Source: Takakia lepidozioides (lineage: Eukaryota > Plantae > Bryophyta). From it: DNA of 64,000 bases. A program made the position numbers and the translations under genes. Under the pieces are notes generated by a model. The model had not been told where the DNA came from. It did not search any database and worked only from the letters and a program-made list of their open reading frames with translations. The first letter of the stretch is position 1, and each line of letters opens with the position of its first letter. The stretch spans positions 63,798,001 to 63,862,000 of the forward strand of contig CM060733.1 in NCBI GenBank assembly GCA_030704615.1, read 5' to 3'. This document shows positions 22,501 through 31,721 of this stretch, piece after piece.

Positions 22501-25225
22501 TGCAAAGTCATCCGCAAACATAAGGGCTGGAATGGTGGCATCACCCACCCTTAACCCAAATCCCTCACTTTCCACATCCTCGAGGAGTTGATTGATGAAA
22601 ACATTGAAGAGCAGGGAGAGGGTACATCCTTGAGCTACACCTTGGTCTATGTCAAAGAAGTTAGACTTCTGTCCATTGACAGTGACACAGCTTTTGGAGT
22701 GAGCATACAAGTTATGGACACCTCTCCACATTTTTCCCTTGATTCCGCAAGACCAGAGGCGGAGCCATAGACCATCTCTCCACACTGTGTCATAAGCCTT
22801 TTTGACATCCAAGAAAAAAACATAAGTGGGTTTCCCTTCTTTTTTCCTTCCCTGGATAATCTGGCTTAGAGTGAAGATATGGTCCACACAGCCCCTGTTT
22901 CGCCGAAAGCCAGCTTGGCCTTCGTGAAAACAACCTCTAGATTCCAGATCAACCTCGAGACGAGTACTCATAACTCTGCAAAATATCTTGCCAACAGCAT
23001 TGAGGAGTGTGATGCCACGATAGTTCCCCGGGTCTTCTCTGTCACCCTTCTTATATAGATTGACAATGACCCCCTGTCGCCAGCGAAAGGGGATCATTTC
23101 AGTCTTCCAGATAAGGTTAAAGAGGAGAACTAGTGAGATCGCCACCGTGCTTGATAAGCTCGTTGACTATGCCATCAGGACCACCTGCTTTATATCCATT
23201 TAGATGTTCAATTGCTTCCACAATCTCAGAAGAACTAATGGGAGCGTTGTAGGCTTTTGAAATATACTCCAGTTCATCAGGGCTGTTTTGAATCATAGGA
23301 ACAGTTTTACCAACTGTATCCTTCCATTCATCAGAGGACCCCTCACTGTTAGACCTAGAAGTTCTGCCAAGGATACTGTAGTGGGTTTCAAAGGTTTTGA
23401 CAATGTCAACCGATGAAGTTACCACTGCACCCTTAGTAGTCCTCAGCGCTTGTACTTGCTGACACCTTTTCGGCTTGTACAAGCGTTGAAGGGCCAACGA
23501 GAATCTCTTGTCATTACCACCATGGTGGTTTGAGTTTATTTCACTGTATAACTTGTCCCAGTATAATTTCTTCTGAGCCCTTACAAGCAGATTGATATAT
23601 TTACGGATCTGGTAGTACCTCGCCCACAATTCTTTGTTGGTTTTCAAATTGCAGCACTCTTTATAAAGGACTCGTCTCTCAGCTATCTTGAGTTTAATCT
23701 CATTGGTCCACCAATTAACAGCTCTACCGCAGACAATTAGTTTCCTCCCAATGATCTTGTCAGCCGCGGAGGAGACGAAACTCTCCCAAGAATCCACTGC
23801 TCTTTCCACTTCATTTCTTGCATTGTCAGCGCGAGACTGAAGGTCTTGAAGCGAATGGACAAAATGAGGAAGAGCCTCTTGCAAGGCCTGGACATACTCA
23901 GCCTTGACCTCTTCATTATGGAATTTTTCTATGCGCCACTTCCGAATCGAACGTTTCACAGATCTCTTGGTGTTGGGAAAACACCTTTTGATCTCAGTCC
24001 AAACCAGGAAGTGGTCAGAGGTACCAATATCAGTTCTGTTGATCAACACATTGGCACTCTGGGGAAACAAATTTTTGTCCATTATGATATAATCCACAAT
24101 GGAAAGTTCCCCAGTTTGGGCTTTCTCGCAAGTCCACTGCACTTGGTCACCTTTTGCCCTATTGTTCAAGGCCAGAAGCTGAAGCTCTTCCAGACAGTTA
24201 AATTAGAGAGAGAGAGATTGTACTCATAAGACGTTGTTTGCCGGAGCCTTGTGGCCATTGAGAGAGAGAGAGATTACTCAGTTGTGCATGGCTCATTCTG
24301 CATACTTTGTACCTGAGACATGATTTAGCATTGAAGGCTACTTAGGTCGTTCAGTCTAGAGTACTTTATTTGCTTTGCAACCTTCCCATATTTATTTGGA
24401 AAAACTTTTGATTACAATCCCAGCCAACAATCTTCATAGAAACAACCTCTTGCCAAGTTCTCAGACAGCAACAAGAGCAGATTCAATTTGTCCAGTTTCT
24501 TTTTCTTCTCTGTTTTCTCGCTCTATTATGATTTGAAGAGCCAACAGTGTGTTGACACATCCAGACCGGGGACTATTGATGGAGTTCATATGACCTGAAT
24601 GCAGGTCCAAGATCAAACCGTATTTTGATAACAAGTATAACAGCAGGGAAGGTGCTGTATTCCCCAACCCAGCACTAAATGCTCTGATGCGAGATCATGA
24701 CCATTTGTCTCAAACCGCAACTAACTTACACTGGTAACGCAGTAACTCTTGTAACTCAAACTCTAGTAGATACTTTCAGTGTGTGACAAGATCCCAACCC
24801 TGGTTGACCTACAGGATATATGTCGAGTTTGGTTATTGTAAGGCCCCTTTGACAATTTCCAGGAAACCTCGGCCGGAATTCTTCAGATGTGCTCGGATAA
24901 CTCAAGCCCTGGCCAATGGTTAGCAATAACCTTTTCAGGTTTAAAAATCCATTCCGCAAGTAAAGCAAAACGATGGTGAACTTCAGCTCTAGTGTTAAGA
25001 TTCCATATCAGTATATAAAATCTTCACCTTAAGGAGGTGATGGAGGAACATACCTAGAAGCTGGAAGAGTGCAAAGGGGATAACGGCCAAAGAGGGCTGC
25101 AGCAGACTGCGCACAAACTCCAGCACCTTATCGGCCAACCCTCGCGGAAACGGTATCGTTAGAACCAGTAGAACCACTGCCTCTGCTCCCGCCAACGCCC
25201 CCAGAAGCATCCATTGCAACGCCAT
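16516..25225 (-). CDS. Host gene: B-cell receptor-associated protein 31 (BAP29/BAP31)-like ER membrane protein, exons 1-3 (25225-25054, 17200-17118, 16571-16516); last exon not located
   Basis: GT-AG, phase-consistent splicing gives MALQWMLLGALAGAEAVVLLVLTIPFP...VIPFALFQLL|EVYWKYEHRINCAKDVCTTLERDRFARS|VFKSERNTLLAVGAAFLYW, resembling plant BAP31-like proteins. Confidence 0.85.
17299..18092 (-). mobile_element. Two 5'-truncated 3'-end fragments of the LINE family (~17299-17835 and ~17836-18092)
   Basis: Each ends in ATGAGTACATTCT(CT)n on the minus strand and matches the 3' part of 21159-24203. Confidence 0.85.
18093..21158 (-). mobile_element. Degenerate 5'-truncated LINE (APE endonuclease, RT, C-terminus)
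   Basis: EN motifs 'CVYMP', 'LLGDFNARVG', 'DYI...SDHFLV'. RT motifs 'NYRGITLL', 'FLDVKKAYD', 'FADD', 'YTYLGV'. Contains frameshifts and deletions. Confidence 0.92.
21159..24203 (-). mobile_element. 5'-truncated LINE with RT, C-terminal Zn-finger and (TC)n tail (RTE-X/L2-like architecture; clade not verified)
   Basis: ORFs 23117-24169, 21925-23145 (NYRGITLL, QAGFR, GVAQG, FADD) and 21177-21689 (PLCGQPEDNIHFLIHC). The stop codon is ~6 nt from the (TC)n tail. Confidence 0.93.
24204..24273 (-). mobile_element. Ultra-short LINE 3' terminus flanked by (TC)n
   Basis: About 45 nt matching the LINE 3' end lies between two (GA)n tracts. Confidence 0.8.
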
Positions 25226-25537
25226 GATCTTCTCCTCTCCCTCCCAGCTCCCCCCTCCTCCCTATCGACGCAACCGCAAATTGCTCTCGACGGATTGCAC
25301 AAAAATCACATAAACACAAACATTCCTCATCCACCATCAATGCTCTCAGCAACGCTGAGTTCCCAAGAGGGACGGAGCGACAGGTGACTGCCAGTCGGCG
25401 TGCTGTGACTACCGGCTACCTCCAGTCAAAACATAAAATTGACACCTTCAGACGTTGGGTAACCTGTGAACAATGGAATATTCGTTGTATAAAGGTCCAT
25501 ATAGTCAACGAAAATAAAATAAGTATAGGGTTTTTTC

Positions 25538-26556
25538 TAGTGTTGGACTGGTATCATGGATTTTTTACACCACTGAGGTAATGGTATTGGGATAGAGTTG
25601 AATTATTCAAGCCAGTATGGTATTGGTATCCAATGATGTGTAAATTTGACAGCCTGGTATGGTATATGGTATGCTATCAAACTGAAAATCTGACTGGTAT
25701 GGTATAAACCAGTGTTGGCCGGGTACCATGTTTTGAGCCCTCTCCCGGTCCCGGTTATGGCATACTCTTTGAAAAAAATGGATGGCCAGGGCAGGGTATA
25801 CCAATAGGTTTGAAAAACATCTCGGTTACAGGTTCTCAATAAACACATGGATTTTTTGTTGTCCGGTTCTCAATCTACCGGTTATGCGAACTTAAAAAAT
25901 GCCGGTTCCATGGTACCGGTTATGGGATTCATCCATTTTTATTTATTTTTACTTTTTCTAGCATTTTTGTGTATGTGTGTAAAACTATACACAAAAAGGT
26001 TGTGGCATGGTGATAAGCCACTCGAGTATTGGCTTGTGGGTCTCGGGTTCAAAGTTCAAACGTTCAACCCTGTCATCTATCTCTCTGCCTTCAGGCTGGG
26101 GGCTCTGCCCCTCTAATACACTAAGCTTACAACTTACAACTATTGTCTTAGCCAAATGCCAAATGCCCAACTAATTAATTTCCTACTTGGACATTCTCAT
26201 TAATGTTGTGCACCTAATCTCCCCAACATCTGTAATTTCTTAACTACCATCACTAACCCTTATACTTGTATTATCTAGAACCGCCTCTACGCCATCCACA
26301 TTTGCTCCGGATCTTGCTCCGGGTATAACACCCTTACACGGTTCTCTAGCCGGTTAGGAAGCTCGATTTTTTTTCCGGTTCCCTTCCATAGCCGGTTCCT
26401 GCGGGGGCTACACTTTCCGGTTATGCACATGTGCATAACCGGCAAATAACCGCCAGATATGCATGTCAAGATGCCATACCCGGCCAACACTGGTATAAAC
26501 CAAAATTTAAAAAGTCATACCAGCCTTGTATGTGCCAGGGTTTGGTATCAGCTTCA
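25538..26556. mobile_element. Older hAT-like MITE hosting the 25710 element (one end only)
   Basis: Starts TAGTGTTGGACTGGTA, similar to the inner TIR, with TGGTAT repeats on both sides of the inner element. The second TIR was not found. Confidence 0.5.
25710..26492. mobile_element. Non-autonomous hAT element (MITE)
   Basis: Perfect 16-bp TIR CAGTGTTGGCCGGGTA / TACCCGGCCAACACTG, 8-bp TSD GTATAAAC (25702-25709 and 26493-26500), and subterminal CCGGTT motifs. Confidence 0.95.
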
Positions 26557-26724
26557 TGTACATAAACATTACATTCTGCTAGTTCTTTCTAACTAGCAGT
26601 TGTGATAGTTCAAAAAGTGAAACTAGAACACATTGCATTTCATCTACTCCTCTTCAAACATATTAGCATCCCTAATTAGTATCCCTAACATGTTAGTATC
26701 TCTACCCCTACATCCTCTCCCTTC
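26557..26724 (-). repeat. Possible short LTR with preceding PPT
   Basis: Minus strand reads GAAGGGAGAGGA then TGTAGGGG...TGTACA. No partner LTR is present in the window. Confidence 0.25.
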
Positions 26725-26731
26725 AGCAGGC

Positions 26732-27344
26732 TGTCAAGTTATTTTACCACTAGTGTGAAGTTAGCTAGGAAATAGCTAGCTTTTATATATTGACATTTGG
26801 GATTGACCCAAGTGTCAATCCAGGGGCCAATACATGTTTGGGCACCTGGCGTTGTTATCTTCACGGCAGATCACGGTGGGCTCATCTTTCTCGAGTTGAG
26901 CCTCACCGCGTCTAGCTATGGCGCCGTAGTGTGGATTCCCCATGGCGTGGGGTGCACTTGGCTCGACTTAATTTATGAGTGATGTTTTCAAGTGCAAGTA
27001 TGTGAGTTTGAGAGAGCTTGTGTGCTTGTATCATCCATTTCTTTATCATTGTGATGGACTAGTGGCTGCACTAGTGGTGGCTAGTGGCAGCCTAGTGATG
27101 GACTAGTGGCTGCTCTAGTGGTGGCTAGTGGCAGACTAGTGGTGGACTAGTGGCTGCACTAGTGGTGGCTAGTGGCAGCCTAATGATGGACTAGTGGCTG
27201 CACTAGTGGTGACTAGTGGTTGTCTAGTGGCAGCCTAGTGGTGCACTAGTGGTGGACTAGTGATAGACTAGTGTTTGGTGTGCACATGTGTTGTGTGATT
27301 CTGGACAGCGATGTAGTTGTGTAGCAATATGTATGCGCACGACA
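26732..27344. mobile_element. LTR of the same family as 6283-6779, with an expanded CTAGTGG minisatellite
   Basis: TGTC...GACA ends and high similarity to 6283-6779. CTAGTGG tandem at 27058-27272. Flanks CAGGC/AAGGT match only partly. Confidence 0.85.
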
Positions 27345-27612
27345 AAGGTTTCGCAATACTTCGTATGAGTGTAAAAACCGGTTTGATTTTTTTGTCTTCG
27401 TCTCTTGGGGCAAGTTGGGGCATGATTTTGGTCACTCTCGGAAACTGTCGCAACAGAGATCTTACGAGCATAAGGTCCCCAAATTAGCTATTTTTTGCTC
27501 AAATCAGAGGGAGCCACCCATTTTTTTATGTAAGGTAAAGTCTGGATGGGGAGAACCCTCCGCCCTAGGGTCTAGGGTTCTCCCCCTCCCCAGGATATGC
27601 CAGACCTTACCC

Positions 27613-27637
27613 TATATATATATATATATATATATAT
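27613..27637. repeat. (TA)n microsatellite
   Basis: About 12 TA units. Confidence 0.95.
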
Positions 27638-27639
27638 GA

Positions 27640-29775
27640 ACAGGGGAGAGTGGCCCGTCCACTCAAACAGAAAATGTCATCTTGGTTGTCTAACATGACA
27701 ACTCCAGGTGTCACCATGGCGCGTTCAATGGCTGGCCTAGCTGGCAGCACCATCAACCTGGCAGCTGCAGCTTGCCATGGCGCCGCCGTGGCAGTCTTAA
27801 CCGTCACATCCGAGGATCCCTCCAGCACTACACCTCCCACTATCTCCGTAGAAGATGAAGTAACCTCCCCACTCTCACAGAGTGTACCTACCAGCCTGAA
27901 CACCTCAGCTGGTCTTACCCTCGGCGTCGCAATCATGGTAGCCGAGAACAATGGAGCCTGGCACACAGCTGTGGCTGCCCCAACAGCACACTAGCTGCCG
28001 TAGCTTTGGCAACACTAGGTAGTGGTGCTGCCCGTGTAGCTCTCCCCAATGGCATAGTAACCTCCACCTCGGTAACAGTCGGGCGAGAACTAGGTGCCAT
28101 GGACGGCGTCAACACTGTCTCCGCCAATGTGAATGACTGAGGAAGCCTGGCCTGACGGCTTGCCTCCCCACGCTGTGGATCCAACTCCACCTCCGCACCC
28201 CGTGGCTCAGGAACTCGTGCTGCTCCTCAAGTCACTGCCGCAGCTGACTCCACTTGCACTAGTGGTAGTCCTGCCCCACACATAGTGGTAGTGGTAGTGC
28301 TGCCCGACACTAGTGGTAGTGGTGCCCCACCCACAGTGGTAGTGGTAGTGGCACCCCTCACTAGTGGTAGTGCTGCCCCGCACATGAATCCCATGCCTCC
28401 CATGTCTCCTCCCTCAGGAGCAGGAGGTGGACCATCCGGCCTTGGAGCCGGTACCACCTGAGCTATGGCCATGGCAGCGAGCCTCTGCTCTAGTTGCTGA
28501 AGCCGGTTGGCCATGCCTTGGTCACCACCCTGACCTCCGCGTCCTTTGCCATGTTGAGCTTGCCCTTGGCCTGCACCTCGTGCCTGGCCACCTCGTCCTC
28601 TCTGGGCTGCTCCACCTCGTCCCCGGCCACCATTGTTCCCTTGGAACTGGCCTGGGCGCAACTCAGGATGCAAACCATAGCACTGGGCCTCTCCATGCCC
28701 GTACTTGTCACAATGCCCACACTGCACCTGTGCAGGCTGTGCCGGTGCCAAACCATTGCCTCCCTCTGGGCAATCCTTCTTGACATGGGGTCCTCCACAT
28801 GTCCAGCACACCACATCCGCCCATTGTTGGCCAGCAAATGAAGGGAGAGACCCTTGCATCTGAGGTCCTCTCTGCCCTTCCATGGGCTTTACCTGAGCCC
28901 CCTTGTTGCCTTGAGCACGTTGAGGTAGTGGCTGGCTAGGAGCACCACTACCCCGTGGTGCCTCCTTAGCAAATCTCACCATGACCACTCGTTCCTCCAC
29001 CATGTTGAGCTCTATCCGCTCTGCCAGCAAAAACACATTTGCTAAGGTGGGTTGGGCTGTTTGTAGGAGAGTTGCATCCCGCACCCTTCTCTTTAGCTCC
29101 TTGTCCAATATCCCATACCAGAATTGGACTGCCTGAGCCTCCGTAACTCCTTGGGTTACATTAATCAAGCGCCTCATGAGAGTGAAAGCCTCCCTCAAGC
29201 TCTCAGTAGGCTTCCGTTAGAACTCTTGCAAGCTTTTCAACTTCTTTGTCCTCACCCCTTGGTAGTTCCTTCTCAACTCTTCGAAGAACTCCACAACAGG
29301 GTTGAAGGCAGGTACCGCCACTGGTGCTGGTGCAGCAGTAGCTTGGGTGGACGTCGTAGTTGTTGTACCACTAGTCCCACTACTGCTCGTGGAAGCTGCA
29401 GCTGCTGGTGCAGCTGCCGGTGTGGCTGCTGCCCTTGTGCCTCTAGTGCCTCTAGTGCCTCTAGTGATGGAGACATAGTCGGGTGACCAGTACATCCTCC
29501 ACTCCTCGATCTCAACATCGTGCCCCCGCCTAAACTCATGGTAATCATCCATGGGCGGCCCCTCAAGGTGCTGAAACAGCCCCTTCCATGCCATGAAGGG
29601 CGTAAACAGTTGTGGATTGCGCATTTGCTGCAAGTCACACCAACTATCAAACTCTTGGATAAAATCATCCAACTCAATGGTGCCCACCGCCCCAGAGTAC
29701 CTTCGTGGCCCCCTGGTGGCTCCATACATCTCCTCCATCGTGTCCCACAACAATGGCAAGGAACAACTTGCACCA
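27640..29775 (-). pseudogene. Gypsy gag remnant (resembles moss Gypsy gag, from recollection)
   Basis: ORFs 29217-29759 and 28227-29198 show 'MYGATRGPRRYSGAVGTIELDDFIQEFDSWCD', knuckles CWTCGGPHVKKDC and CGHCDKYGHGEAQC, and an RGG-rich region. No pol is present. Confidence 0.8.
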
Positions 29776-30479
29776 CCGGTGTGAGTCCTCCTGATTCACA
29801 ATCCGAATCAGAACCTTCCGTAGAAGACACGGGAGGTGAAGGTGGCCTAAAACAGGTTTCATATGACCCGGATATGGCCAAACATGCATTACATAATTTA
29901 AATTTGGTCATATTAATTAGTTCATTTTGGCCCGCCTTTATCGATTTCTACTACCACTTCATATAAAAGTTAACATTGTACTCATTAGAATAAAGTGAAA
30001 TTCACATACCATACCAAATATAAAAAGGACGTAGCAGGATTTGAGCCCCAAACCACTGGGATAACAAAAAGTGTACTATCCAATAAAAGTTCAATGGATT
30101 TAGGGTTGCGGGGTTGTGTGTTGAACGATGAGTCTTGGACTTGGTCGTTTTTCTTTGTTTGTGTCGTGGGGTGATTTGCAGGTGCACAGCTAGGGTCCGA
30201 GATGGAAGCTTTGGAGACCATTTGCGCTCAAGCAATGCGGGGAGGGTTGAGCTCGACAGCTTTGGAGACATGCGCGCACTCGATGCGGGGAGGGTTGAAG
30301 CTCGACAGCTTCATAGCTTTTTCATACGGCCCTCAATATCGTCCTCTCCACCCTCCTCTCTACCCCATCTTTCTTTCACATTGTCTGCTTCTCCTTAGTC
30401 CACGCCCAAGCGCTCTCCAACTCTCCATCAATCTCGCTCCCACCCTCTTCATTTCTCATGCTTTTGCTGCAGTAGGTCG

Positions 30480-30810
30480 TTCGAGGCTTGCCCAGGTCTT
30501 AGAGGTCCATGGTGTCATCGTCAAGGCTGGAATAGTACCAGATGTCATTCTGAACTGTACCTTTGTTGATATGTATGCCAAATGTGGGAGCACTGTGGAT
30601 GCAAAAGAAGTGTTTGATGGGCAAACGAAATGTGGTATTCTGGAGTGCTATGATTGCACTACATGCACAACATGGATATGGGGGATGGAGGCTTTGCAGA
30701 CCTGTGAGCAAATGCACATCAGCAGGGGGTGAAGCCAGACCGAGTCACATTCATTTTTGTTGTGCCCTATCTTCATGCCAATTTCTCCAATCTAGGTGTG
30801 CTATGACTTA
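30480..30810 (+). pseudogene. PLS-class pentatricopeptide repeat gene fragment
   Basis: 'VHGVIVKAGIVPDVILNCTFVDMYAKCGSTVDAKEVFD' and 'RNVVFWSAMIALHAQHGYG', then 'EALQTCEQM...KPDRVTF', across frameshifts. Confidence 0.85.
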
Positions 30811-31504
30811 GTGGATTTGTAGCAAGTAGGGTGATGAAGATATGCTAGCCTTCAGAGCTATAAAGATTTTCAAGGGGTTGTGGTCTGGCCCCCAATATAG
30901 CTGCACTTGTTGTTCAAGTTTCCAGACATTCAGCTACTTTGATGGGCCTATCTTCTTGCCAATTCCTCCATTTGCGGTGTGCTAACAACTAGTGTGATCA
31001 ACATATGGTGGCCTTCAAAGCTTTGGAATTTCTTAAGGGGTTGTGGTCTGGCCCCCAACAGATCTGCATTTGTTGTTTAAGTTTCCGGACGTTCAGGTAC
31101 TCAAATGGGCCTCTCTTCTTGCCAATTGCTCCAATTATGGTGTGCTATGGCTTGAAAAATTTCTAACAACTAGTGTGATCAAGGTATGGTGGCCTCTAGA
31201 GCTCTGAATCTTATTAAGGGGTTGTGGTCTGGCCCCCAACAAATCTTCACTTGTTGTTCAAGTTTCCGGATGTTCAGGTACTCTGATGGACCTATCTCCT
31301 TGGCAATTGCTCCAGTTGTGGTGTGCTATGGCTTGAAACATTTCTAACAACTAGTGCAATAAAGGTATGGTGGCCTCCTGAGCTCTGAAATTTCTTAAGG
31401 GGTTGTGGTCTGGTCCCCAACAGATCTGCACTTGTTGTTCAAGTTTCCGGATGTTCAGGTACTCAGATGGGTCTATCTCTTTGCCAATTGCTCCAGTTGT
31501 GGTG
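30770..31504. repeat. ~180-bp tandem repeat, left part (~4 units)
   Basis: GGGGTTGTGGTCTGG recurs at ~30873, 31037, 31217 and 31399. Confidence 0.92.
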
Positions 31505-31721
31505 GGGGGCTGCTATTTCATGAGCGGCATGAGCATGAGCGGAAAAAAAAAAACATGAGCGGGTCATTGTGTGTCCACGGAAATAGGGTTAGGAGGCACG
31601 GAAATAGGGTCATGTGGACTCGTCATAGCAATGAAATGCAACATTTTATTGCAAATTTTGTGGCAAGCCACGTCTATACAAGTGTGTCCTAACTGACATA
31701 GCAGGAATGGGAACTACTCTC

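Noticed and set aside
26523-26556. TGGTATCAG as a PBS
   Set aside because: It is part of the TGGTAT subterminal repeats, with no LTR end before it.
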